Of a stretch of 64,000 nucleotides of DNA, positions 27,218 to 36,039 are shown one piece after another (position 1 is the first letter of the stretch; each line of letters opens with the position of its first letter). The translations under genes and the position numbers were made by a program. Origin of the DNA: Minisyncoccia bacterium (GTDB lineage: Bacteria; Patescibacteriota; Minisyncoccia; Phycocordibacterales; UBA918); the NCBI GenBank assembly GCA_041742075.1, contig JBGSJJ010000013.1, positions 1,801-65,800 of the forward strand, given 5' to 3'. Under the pieces are notes generated by a model. That model saw only the letters and a program-made list of their open reading frames with translations, ran no database searches and was not told the origin of the DNA.

Positions 27218-28231
27218 TCAGAGCCGACTCACACCACCTGAGGCACGTCGCTTCGCGAGTGTGCCGCCAGTGCGAGCAGCTGTTCCGGCTGCCACCGACT
27301 TGTTGCCGATAGGCACGAGCGCGTTCTTGACGGCGCTCGCGGCTGCACCAGAGAGTCCGATGTCAGCCACGACACGGTCGGCGTCGTACGAGCTCTCGAG
27401 CATGTGGATGATGCCAGCGATGATCTCGCAGACCAGGCTCGAGTCCTCGACCATGACGAGTCGCTCTCCGAGGAGCTGCCGCCAGCGGTCGTGGATGTCC
27501 ATGCGATCAGGATAGCTGCCATCGAGTGCGAACAGGTGGAAGATGTTCCACTGCTCGCTCGCCCGAGACAGAAGCGACTCGACCGTTTCGTCACCCTCGA
27601 CGTCGACGCCGAAGATCTTCTGCACGTCGGCTCCCGTAACGGTCGGCCACGGCATCTCGTCGCCCATCGTGAAGAGGTAGCCCTTCTTGCCGCGCTTCTC
27701 GAACGCATCGCTCGCGGTGTGGTTGGCGGCGAAGTAGTAGGCGAGCCCGTAGGACTCCTTCACCTGTCCGCCGCCGCCCTCGAGGATGATGGCGCGCAGC
27801 TGATCGTCGAAGCGGTTGTCCGATTCGAACTGACCGACCTGGAACGGATAGCGGTCGCACGTCGAGTCGCCGACGGCGCCGACCAGCACCTGTGGGTCCG
27901 AGAGACCAGCCTTGTCGATGATCACGTCCATCAAGCTCGTGAGCTTCTCCTGCAAGACGCGCGGGATGCGCCCCATCGAACCAGTGACATCGAACAGCAT
28001 GGCGATCGGAATCGAGTTCGGGTGTTCGTCGCTGTCGCGGCTCTCGCGCACGCCGTAGTGGTAGCGCGCCGGGTCAGGGTTCTTGAAGCCCTTCGGGTCG
28101 AGCGAGGTATGAATGCCGCTCGCCTTGCCGGACCGAACCTTGACCGTATAGTCGAAGTCGTCGATACCACTTGCGCGGCGCGACGTAGCTGCAGCACTGT
28201 AGATGCTGCTATCCCAAGTACCACCACCCAT
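27218..28231 (-). CDS. von Willebrand factor A (vWA) domain protein
   Basis: MIDAS motif IAMLFDVTGSMG (DxSGS). RBS AGGAGG. Confidence 0.65.
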   Translation of the reverse strand: MGGGTWDSSIYSAAATSRRASGIDDFDYTVKVRSGKASGIHTSLDPKGFKNPDPARYHYGVRESRDSDEHPNSIPIAMLFDVTGSMGRIPRVLQEKLTSLMDVIIDKAGLSDPQVLVGAVGDSTCDRYPFQVGQFESDNRFDDQLRAIILEGGGGQVKESYGLAYYFAANHTASDAFEKRGKKGYLFTMGDEMPWPTVTGADVQKIFGVDVEGDETVESLLSRASEQWNIFHLFALDGSYPDRMDIHDRWRQLLGERLVMVEDSSLVCEIIAGIIHMLESSYDADRVVADIGLSGAAASAVKNALVPIGNKSVAAGTAARTGGTLAKRRASGGVSRL

Positions 28232-28264
28232 GATGTCCTCCTTTGGGTTTGGTGTAGTTTCGAT

Positions 28265-29386
28265 TCACGTGTTCGGCATAATAAGTGGCCGATACGTTCG
28301 TCCCCAGTGGCCTCGCACCGCATCAGTGAACTGACGCAGTACAAGTGCCCCATCGTGTGCACGTCGCTTCGGGTCTGCCACGAGGCAGCCCTTCACCACT
28401 TGCACGATGTCACTCGGAACCTGGCTCGGGAATCGATCGCGAGCCACGTCGCCGCCGGTGAGATAGAGAAACGCCTTGCCGGCCATGTAGAGGTCGGTTT
28501 GGTGCGTCGGTACTTCACGGGCGAATACTTCAGGCGGGTACCAGTCTCGGTAGCGGTCGATGACCGTTGTTAACCGAGCCTTCCTGACGTGTGGTTCGAT
28601 GACCGCATGCGCCCAACCCAAGTGGAGGGGCTCATGGGTCTTCGGATGCACCAGCACGTGCTCCGGCACTAGTGCGCCATTGACGACACCGAGCATCGCT
28701 GCCGCCAGAGTCTGACCGAGTACCCGTCGCCAGACCCAGGCGGCTGCCTCTTGTGGCAAGCCATCCTGGTAGGCAGTACGGATATCCTTGAGCGAAACGA
28801 AACCTGGTCGCTCACGGTAGACATTGGCGCGGTAGCGAATGTTGCCCGCTTCAAGCACCAAAAAAGTGTCAAGAAGTTCAGGCAGAAACGGTGCCAAGAC
28901 CGAAGCCTTGCCGGTCGCCCGTGACAGCACCGCCACCTCATGTTCGAGGTATTGGTTCTGGCTCGGCTCAGCCGCTACCTTCACCACAACAGCCGTGCCA
29001 TCTGCAGCGACCCCGCGATAGAGAAGCGAAAAGTCACCCTCTCTAAACGGTGTCGCGGCGCAGGTATAGCTCATCGTCGAGCCAGTGAAGCTGATAGTCG
29101 GTCCAGTTGTAGAACCAGCCGAAGCAAACGGCTCTTCGTACCGACCGGCGGCCAGTGCCGCTTTTGCACGTTCGTGCAGGTCGATGATACGTGTGAGCAC
29201 ATCGCCAGCCAGCGCTTGTTCAGGACCTGCTCGGTCGGGGTGCGAGGTGCGAGCAAGGTAGACGAACTTCTTCTTGAGTTGCCGTTCCTGCTCGCGCTTG
29301 GTACCCAGAGGGAGCGAACCAAAGACGTCACTGTAGCGAGTGGCGCCCTTAAGCTGTGAGTCGAAAGCCGCCAGTGCGCTCTGCAT
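28265..29386 (-). CDS. J-domain (DnaJ-like HPD motif) fused to a protein-kinase-like domain
   Basis: N-terminal LKKKFVYLARTSHPDRAG is a J-domain helix II-III with HPD. Downstream come VVVKVAAEP (VAIK-like) and a GALVPEHVLVHP catalytic-loop-like segment. RBS AAGGAG. Confidence 0.55.
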   Translation of the reverse strand: MQSALAAFDSQLKGATRYSDVFGSLPLGTKREQERQLKKKFVYLARTSHPDRAGPEQALAGDVLTRIIDLHERAKAALAAGRYEEPFASAGSTTGPTISFTGSTMSYTCAATPFREGDFSLLYRGVAADGTAVVVKVAAEPSQNQYLEHEVAVLSRATGKASVLAPFLPELLDTFLVLEAGNIRYRANVYRERPGFVSLKDIRTAYQDGLPQEAAAWVWRRVLGQTLAAAMLGVVNGALVPEHVLVHPKTHEPLHLGWAHAVIEPHVRKARLTTVIDRYRDWYPPEVFAREVPTHQTDLYMAGKAFLYLTGGDVARDRFPSQVPSDIVQVVKGCLVADPKRRAHDGALVLRQFTDAVRGHWGRTYRPLIMPNT

Positions 29387-29516
29387 TGTTTTGTACTCCT
29401 TCTGTCAAAGAACGTGTTGGAGTGGCTGTACCAACTCCTTCCTTTGTGTACTTCTTACACTAAGATATACCTATGCTTAATTAGTCTCAAGTGTACACTA
29501 AGTTATGACACAGATA

Positions 29517-29549
29517 TGTCCTTATTGTCAAATATACAATAAGGACATT
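29517..29549. promoter_or_regulatory. perfect palindrome atgtccttattg-N9-caataaggacat between the NrtR-like gene and the kinase-vWA-PurA operon
   Basis: 12-bp arms overlapping the stop of the NrtR-like gene. No T-run. Candidate operator and/or terminator. Confidence 0.4.
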
Positions 29550-30219
29550 ATGCGATGAGCGGTATCTCAGTTACGGTACTTCCCTTAAAGCGATACAGAG
29601 CTGCTGGTCGATTCTGTACCCCACTTTGCATGTCCCCAGTCTCTTCTAGAATATCGAGTGCGAGTATTTTTTTGCGAAAATTACGCTTATCAAATGTCTC
29701 GGCTCGCACAACTTCGTAGATTGATTGCAGTTCAGTGAGAGTAAATTGTTTTGGTAGTAGTTGTCTAGCGATAGTGGTGTAGAGCAATTTGCCAGCTAGT
29801 CTCGTGTGAGCGCTCGTGAGCATATCGTTATGATCGTACGCAAGTGTACCAACCTTCTTAATTGGCACCCACTTTGCACTGTCATGCGTATACCTTTCAG
29901 CGGTACTAAATGGCACCAGGCCGAGGTACGCAATTGCGACCGAGCGGCTACGCGTATCACGAGTAACGTCGGTAAAGGTGTAAAGTTGCTCAAGGTACAC
30001 ACGCTCAATGTTAACCTTCTCCTTCAAGTGGCGCGCGAGTGCTTGTTCAGCATTTTCTTCTGGTCGCATAACACCCCCGGGGAAACCAGACATTCCTTTG
30101 TAGTGATTGGTGACGGTTTCAACTGGCCGCAGTAGTGTCCATAGCATTCCGTTTCCTACAGCAAACAGCACAGCGTCTACCGCAGCTATCGCAAATCGAA
30201 ATGGTGGACTTTGAGTCAT
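29548..30219 (-). CDS. Nudix-domain transcriptional regulator, NrtR-like (Nudix N-terminal domain plus C-terminal winged helix)
   Basis: Degenerate Nudix box GFPGGVMRPEENAEQALARHLKEKVNI. C-terminal FTLTELQSIYEVVRAETFDKRNFRKKILALDILEETGDMQSGVQNRPAALYRF is typical of the NrtR DNA-binding domain. Confidence 0.55.
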   Translation of the reverse strand: MTQSPPFRFAIAAVDAVLFAVGNGMLWTLLRPVETVTNHYKGMSGFPGGVMRPEENAEQALARHLKEKVNIERVYLEQLYTFTDVTRDTRSRSVAIAYLGLVPFSTAERYTHDSAKWVPIKKVGTLAYDHNDMLTSAHTRLAGKLLYTTIARQLLPKQFTLTELQSIYEVVRAETFDKRNFRKKILALDILEETGDMQSGVQNRPAALYRFKGSTVTEIPLIA

Positions 30220-30318
30220 AGCTTACTTACTGTACAAAATACACTATTATAGACTATCTGTCGAGTACAAAAGGCACCACACAAAGTGTAGTGCCTTTTG
30301 TGTATAGACTTTGAGCGA

Positions 30319-31041
30319 CTAGTTCTTTTCTGCTACCAGCACAAACGACAATGCAATCATGTCGTCAATAACGTTGTCTGCTAGGTCGTCAAAAAACGAA
30401 CCTGAACCAGCGGTAATTCCCCACTTTGTTCGGTCGATTTCAGTGCTTGCTTCTGCTACTAGCTGACCTTCTGCATTCGTGTAGATAGTGGCCGGAAAGG
30501 TAACCTCGTGGGTTTGGTCTTTCATAGTGAGGTCACCCGTGATGTCGTACGCAAACGTAGTTGCGCTATCAGCCCTCTCTGTGACGCTGGTAATTTTAAA
30601 GCCAGCATTTGGGTAGGCTTCGACATTAAACCAACGTTCTCCCTTGAGGTGCTCTTCGAGCTTACCTTCCTGTCCAGGCTTTTTAGCAGTCAATCCCACA
30701 TCGAGTGTATTCATATCAATCACGAACTCACCAGTAGCAGTGTCACCGAGTACTGTAATCGTACCTTCGGTTACACCGAGCGTTCCGTTGTTGGTGTATC
30801 CTTCGAGGAGTGGCTTCTTGCCAGACCAGTTGACCACACTTTCAGTTGCTACAACGGTATATGCGCCGTCAGTAACCACCACTTTTTCAACTTTGGCCAT
30901 TTCTGTCTCATTTGTCGCCATGGTTGTGGTGCTGGTTTCGCCAGTAGCCATTTCTTCAGTCTTCTTGTCTGACCCCATCATGACAAAATACACCCCGCCA
31001 GCAAGTATTAGTAAAGCTCCAATTCCTAAAATAAGTTTCAT
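30319..31041 (-). CDS. YceI-family secreted protein
   Basis: Signal peptide, Thr/Glu-rich linker, and YceI-like beta-barrel region (...WFNVEAYPNAGFKITSV...TMKDQTHEVTF...). Confidence 0.6.
   Translation of the reverse strand: MKLILGIGALLILAGGVYFVMMGSDKKTEEMATGETSTTTMATNETEMAKVEKVVVTDGAYTVVATESVVNWSGKKPLLEGYTNNGTLGVTEGTITVLGDTATGEFVIDMNTLDVGLTAKKPGQEGKLEEHLKGERWFNVEAYPNAGFKITSVTERADSATTFAYDITGDLTMKDQTHEVTFPATIYTNAEGQLVAEASTEIDRTKWGITAGSGSFFDDLADNVIDDMIALSFVLVAEKN
30354..30384. repeat. 31-bp direct repeat, right copy (inside the 3-prime end of the yceI-like gene)
   Basis: Identical to 25605-25635. Confidence 0.9.
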
Positions 31042-31214
31042 ATATCATCAATCAAATTATGTCTCTACTAAATGTACTCTTAGTATACTAAATTAGTGAG
31101 CCAGACCAAACAGAATTAAAACAGCACCACAAGAATTAAGGTAACGTCAGGTGACTGCCCGTTACATATCTTTGGGTCTAGGTTTTCAGCGTTTTTGTAT
31201 GACATACTATATAG

Positions 31215-31943
31215 ATGTTTCCTTTTCCACTTGGTCGCCTCCTAGTCGGTAGTGTACTTATCGGGTTGTTTGGTGCGGTTATCTCCATTGTTGGAATTGA
31301 AGGGGCTCCAGCACAAATGCGCATAGATCCAAAGTCTGCCGTTACTACTGAAGGTGGAACTTTTACTGTTGCTCTTGTCGTAGACAGCAGTGTCCCGGTA
31401 AATGCGTACAGTGGTGTACTTACCTTTGACCCGGCCATGATTACGGTAACCAATATCGACTACAACACAAGTATCGCTAACCTTTGGGTAGAAAAACCCT
31501 GGTATGAAAATGGTGATGGGACACTCACGTTTGCTGGCGGAACCACCGAAGCTGGTGGCTTTACGGGCACGGGAGCCCTTCTTACCGTCACCTTTACCAC
31601 CCACCTTGTCGGTACGGCAGTAATCAAACTAAATAATGCACGCATTCTAGCCCACAATGGATTTGGCACCGATGTTCCACTCTTTGATTCAGTTGACGCT
31701 CTCTTTACTGTTGAAGCGATTTCCACTCAAGCCAGTACTATTGCCGAAGTTGATAGTGAAAGTGCAGTGCAGGTACTTAAAACCATGCCCGATACCGACC
31801 TAAATAATGACAGCAAGGTAAACTTGGCTGACGTCAGTATCTTTATGCGCTCACTCTTTTCTAATAACCCAGAACATGACTTTAATGGAGATGGTGTTAC
31901 GAATCTTGCCGACTTAAGTATCCTCCTGGATGCTCGAGAGTAG
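31215..31943 (+). CDS. secreted cohesin-like domain protein with C-terminal dockerin repeats
   Basis: Two dockerin calcium-binding repeats DLNNDSKVNLADVSIF and DFNGDGVTNLADLSILL. Upstream beta-sandwich region. N-terminal signal/TM. Confidence 0.55.
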   Translation: MFPFPLGRLLVGSVLIGLFGAVISIVGIEGAPAQMRIDPKSAVTTEGGTFTVALVVDSSVPVNAYSGVLTFDPAMITVTNIDYNTSIANLWVEKPWYENGDGTLTFAGGTTEAGGFTGTGALLTVTFTTHLVGTAVIKLNNARILAHNGFGTDVPLFDSVDALFTVEAISTQASTIAEVDSESAVQVLKTMPDTDLNNDSKVNLADVSIFMRSLFSNNPEHDFNGDGVTNLADLSILLDARE

Positions 31944-31958
31944 TTTCGACACCTCTCG

Positions 31959-33125
31959 CTACATTGACTCAGTAATTTTAAGCATCTCTCCCATTTCATC
32001 AGTTTGGAGTACGTACACAGCCGGTATTACGCCAGGCGTACTAATACAAGCTGAACGACCAACCACTGTTTCGTTTATTGCTGAGTCGAGTGAAAGATGT
32101 ACACCTTCTAACCCTTCTATGATGAGAGCCCGCAGGGTCGGGTTGCGTTCAGTGGCGGTAGCCGTAAAAATTAGGGCATCAATCCCTCCGAGTGCTGCCA
32201 CATACCCTCCGATAGCTAGTTGGATTTTGTAGATAAATTGCTCAAGGGCTATTACTGCTTCATGGTCGCGTTCGTGATACCTCTTAATTAAAATCCTTAA
32301 ATCATGGACACCACTCCTTGCTTTGAAGCCACCACCTTGCTGAAGAAAGGAGTGGGCATGACTTAGTGGTACACCGCTCGCTTCAAGGTACGCCACCAGT
32401 GCCGATGCCTCAAGGTCCCCGGCCCGCGTACTCATTATTAGTCCCCCGCCGGGAGTAAAGCCCATTGTCGTATCGATACTCTCTCCAGCCCGGACAGCCG
32501 TCACACTAACCCCACTTCCAACATGACAGACGATTAGTCGTTCCGGCAGGAATCCCATTTTTGCTGGCAGTTGGCGAACAACCGAAGCGACTGAGAGCCC
32601 GTGATACCCGAAGCGATAAATGTCGTACTTCTCTGCTTCACCCGGGCTAATGCTAAAATCTCTTGCGACCTTTGGTAGGGTACGGTGAAAGAAGCTATCG
32701 GACACACCGACAAAACGAGCGTTCGGGAGGAGCTCAAGCACCGTTTGAATCTCTTTTTCCATAACAGGAATATGGAGCGGTGCCCGCGCAAGTACCTGAG
32801 TAAATAACTCAATATACGAGGCATCAATTATCCGGTGAGTCTGAAAAAATGTCCCCGGAGCTACTATACGTATTCCGACTCTAGTCACCTCTTCTTTACT
32901 CCCGATACACTTCCGCTCTTCTGCCGTCTTCAACACTTGAGCTAAGGCAGTGTCAAAATCGACTTGAGATAAGGGTAGACACTGTTGCTCGCCATGGATC
33001 GTCGTACACAGTTCATAGCCTGACTCTGTTGATTCAAACCGCATCGTCAGGAGGAGCTCACTATTTTTGTAGAGCGCGTATTTTTTCGAGGAACTACCTG
33101 GATTTATGATGAGCGTGGTTGCCAT
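31959..33125 (-). CDS. ackA: acetate kinase
   Basis: 388 aa with the ASKHA fold pattern. The VCHVGSGVSV stretch fits the AckA phosphate-binding glycine loop. Adjacent to phosphoketolase. Confidence 0.85.
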   Translation of the reverse strand: MATTLIINPGSSSKKYALYKNSELLLTMRFESTESGYELCTTIHGEQQCLPLSQVDFDTALAQVLKTAEERKCIGSKEEVTRVGIRIVAPGTFFQTHRIIDASYIELFTQVLARAPLHIPVMEKEIQTVLELLPNARFVGVSDSFFHRTLPKVARDFSISPGEAEKYDIYRFGYHGLSVASVVRQLPAKMGFLPERLIVCHVGSGVSVTAVRAGESIDTTMGFTPGGGLIMSTRAGDLEASALVAYLEASGVPLSHAHSFLQQGGGFKARSGVHDLRILIKRYHERDHEAVIALEQFIYKIQLAIGGYVAALGGIDALIFTATATERNPTLRALIIEGLEGVHLSLDSAINETVVGRSACISTPGVIPAVYVLQTDEMGEMLKITESM

Positions 33126-35464
33126 ACCCAGTTGGTTATATCTGCTGGATCGTCACCATTTTTAACCACATACGCGTGATGCGCCCCCAACTCTTCGTGA
33201 TACTTGTCAATCAAAGTCTCAGCTTCTCTATCAGTTATAACTCCTAAGTCACGTGCCCGGGCGAACCCTTCTAGGGCAAGATGGAAGCGGTCTACTCGAT
33301 TGCGCACCATCATGTCAAACGGAGTGGTGGTTGAACCGGTTTCTTCATAGCCATGAATAGAAAAACGTGAAGTTGTGCAGTTATAGTCAAACAAAACTTG
33401 TTTAATTGTTTGCGGATAACCATGGAAGTTAATGATGACTGGCTTATCTTCGGTAAAGTAATCGTTGAAGTCGTAACGTAACACTCGGCAATTTGAATGT
33501 CCGATGCCAAGAGCCGAAAGTGATGTGATAGAAACAAAGCGGAGACGAAGTCCGGGTATTTCCCGGCGGAGTATACTCATCGCTGCCAGTACCTCAAGAG
33601 TAGGATAATCGCCGGCTGCTGAGTACACAATATGTGGATCAGCATCACTCGCAAAATCCCAAATCGAGACCCCGTCTTCGACGTCACGTTCTGCCTCAGC
33701 TAAGGTGCGCCAAACTGGCAGTGGTCGCTTCTCTGCCACCATGACATTTATCTCTCTCGTTGAAGCCATCATTTTTCTAAACACCACAAGCGCAGTCGTG
33801 GCATCTGCTGGAAAGTACACATTACTGAAACAACCCTGTCGTTGCAGTACATCATCGATGAAGCCAGGGTTTTGGTGAGAAAAACCATTGTGTTCTTGTC
33901 TCCAGCCAGTTGAAGTCAGTATGTAGTTGAGTGACGGCACGTTACCACGCCATGATACATCGCGGGCGATTTTAAGAAACTTAGCGTACTGATCCACCAT
34001 ACTCGCCACAATCTGCACAAACGCCTCATAGGAAACAAATAAACCATGTCGACCGGTCAGTACGTAGCCTTGCATCAAACCTTGCAAACTATGTTCTGAA
34101 AGCATTTCCATCACTCGCCCATCTCTTGCTATGTCTTTGTCCCACGGACGAAGTGGCCACACGAATGCACGTTTAGTAAACTCAAACACTGCATGTACTT
34201 TGTTTGAATACGTTTCGTCAGGTGAGAATAAACGAACATTACGCTCACTGTCGTTTTCTCGCATAATGTCACGCAAGTACGCACCAATCGTTTCGAGACT
34301 ACTCACTTGGCCACAAATTGGATTATTTAAATCACAAGTAGCGGTGGCAACGTATGACTCAGCTGCTGGCAACACAAGTGGTACATAGTGCGGGGCACCA
34401 CCGCGCGCATAGCTTGAACTACCCATTCGCAAATCTTCTCTAGGCACCAGCGCTTCAATTTCTGGACTAAAGCGTTCACCGTCAAACAGTTCAGAAAAAT
34501 TGTATGACCGAAGCCATGTCTCGAGAGCGGTAAAGTCTTCTTCATCAGTACGAGCTAACTCAGCAATCACCTGGTGAGAATTATGGTTATCTTCGATTCG
34601 TTTGCCGTGTAGCTCAGGAATACTGTGCCAGCCTTTTGGACTGCGCAAAATAATGACCGGCCATTTTGGATGGTCAGCCAGCGTACCTTCGCGAGCACAA
34701 TGCTGAGTAAAGTGGATTGAGGCCAAGGCTCGGTCAAGTGTGTCTGCCATAACAGCGTGAGGGTCTTCGGCGGTGTAGGCGTCAACAAACATTGGCTCAT
34801 AGCCGTATCCAGTAAAGAGAGCCTGAAGCTCCTCGTCACTCATCCGTCCATAAAAAGTGGGTCCGGAAATCTTGTAACCGTTGATATGCACTATCGGCAG
34901 AACGGCTCCGTTGTGTTTTGGATCAACGAGTTTATTTAAATGCCAGGCAGTAGCAGTTGGACCTGTCTCTGCTTCGCCGTCACCAACCATGCACGCAACG
35001 ATGAGTCTTGGATTATCTAAAATTGCTCCATACGAGGTAGCGAGCGCATACCCCAACTCCCCACCTTCGAGAATCACTCCGGGCGCTTCAGGGTTACTGT
35101 GACTCGGAAACCCATACGGCCAACTGAACTGACGGATCATGTGTGATAAGCCGTCTTTTGTTCGCGGTACTTCAGGGTTAAATTTTGACAGCGTTCCTTC
35201 CAGGAAAAGATTGGACTGGATAGCCGGAAATCCATGACCGGGTCCAAGCACAAATAGCATCTCTTGTTGCTTTTCGATTATGATTCGGTTCAGGTGAGCG
35301 TAGGTGAAGTTGATACCAGGGCAGGTACCCCAGTGACCAAGGAGTCTTGATTTAATATGCTCTGGACGAAGAGGTTCAGTGAGTAAAAAATTATCCTGTA
35401 AATAAATTTGGGCAGCTGACAAATAATCAGCAGCACGAACAAAAGAACGAAAATCATAATTCAT
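33104..35464 (-). CDS. xfp: xylulose-5-phosphate/fructose-6-phosphate phosphoketolase
   Basis: 786 aa. The TPP-binding HGPGHG-like region (GPGHG) fits phosphoketolase. Followed by ackA. Confidence 0.85.
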   Translation of the reverse strand: MNYDFRSFVRAADYLSAAQIYLQDNFLLTEPLRPEHIKSRLLGHWGTCPGINFTYAHLNRIIIEKQQEMLFVLGPGHGFPAIQSNLFLEGTLSKFNPEVPRTKDGLSHMIRQFSWPYGFPSHSNPEAPGVILEGGELGYALATSYGAILDNPRLIVACMVGDGEAETGPTATAWHLNKLVDPKHNGAVLPIVHINGYKISGPTFYGRMSDEELQALFTGYGYEPMFVDAYTAEDPHAVMADTLDRALASIHFTQHCAREGTLADHPKWPVIILRSPKGWHSIPELHGKRIEDNHNSHQVIAELARTDEEDFTALETWLRSYNFSELFDGERFSPEIEALVPREDLRMGSSSYARGGAPHYVPLVLPAAESYVATATCDLNNPICGQVSSLETIGAYLRDIMRENDSERNVRLFSPDETYSNKVHAVFEFTKRAFVWPLRPWDKDIARDGRVMEMLSEHSLQGLMQGYVLTGRHGLFVSYEAFVQIVASMVDQYAKFLKIARDVSWRGNVPSLNYILTSTGWRQEHNGFSHQNPGFIDDVLQRQGCFSNVYFPADATTALVVFRKMMASTREINVMVAEKRPLPVWRTLAEAERDVEDGVSIWDFASDADPHIVYSAAGDYPTLEVLAAMSILRREIPGLRLRFVSITSLSALGIGHSNCRVLRYDFNDYFTEDKPVIINFHGYPQTIKQVLFDYNCTTSRFSIHGYEETGSTTTPFDMMVRNRVDRFHLALEGFARARDLGVITDREAETLIDKYHEELGAHHAYVVKNGDDPADITNWVWQPRSS

Positions 35465-35609
35465 AACCCCTATATAATAGCAGTTAGCTACAAATAAATG
35501 TATAGATTATTTGCACTACTTTTATGTCGGATACGTTTACTGAGAAAACTTTTTTGCCCAGGCTAGATTCGTGCGGAATTTTAACCTGCCTGCTATACTA
35601 GCGAACGTT

Positions 35610-36014
35610 ATGAAAACTACATACACCTTTCCGGCCGTCGCGGTAAAAAAAAGTTCTGCCGGTCTTGGGCTTTTTACCACCACTGACATTAAAAAAGACG
35701 AGCTCATTATTGAGTACACGGGGGAACGGATTTCAGACGAAGAAGCGAACAAGCGAGGTGGTCAATACTTGTTTATCGTTACCGATAGCTTAGTTATTGA
35801 TGGTAAGGGTCGCGAAAACAAAGCTCGCTATATCAACCACTCGTGTCGACCCAACGCCGAAGCGGAACATGACGAAGCTGAGGATAGAATTTTTATCCGC
35901 GCGCGAAAGCAGATTAAGTCAGGCGAAGAAATTACCTATCACTATGGAAGTGATTTTTTTAAACGAATCATCAAAGGAAAAGGTTGTCGTTGTGCAAAGT
36001 GTCGTGCGAAGTGA
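35610..36014 (+). CDS. SET-domain protein lysine methyltransferase
   Basis: ELIIEYTGE, the NHSCRPN motif, the Y of ITYHYG, and a post-SET CRCAKC cysteine cluster. Confidence 0.75.
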   Translation: MKTTYTFPAVAVKKSSAGLGLFTTTDIKKDELIIEYTGERISDEEANKRGGQYLFIVTDSLVIDGKGRENKARYINHSCRPNAEAEHDEAEDRIFIRARKQIKSGEEITYHYGSDFFKRIIKGKGCRCAKCRAK

Positions 36015-36039
36015 CCTCAGTTAAAGATCGATACCAAAA

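Larger units (their letters stand above)
25636..30353. mobile_element. about 4.7 kb GC-rich inserted segment (integrase-less island or remnant) bounded by 31-bp direct repeats at the 3-prime end of a yceI-like gene
   Basis: Flanking perfect direct repeats, a duplicated gene 3-prime end, and about 60-65% GC for 25.7-29.4 kb against about 46% outside. No integrase gene is visible. Confidence 0.5.

Noticed and set aside
27404-28573. ORF 27404-28573 (+), 389 aa, and other long plus-strand ORFs across 25.7-29.4 kb
   Set aside because: Antisense to the vWA/kinase genes, with extreme Arg/Ala/Asp content. The minus-strand genes have RBSs and recognisable domains.
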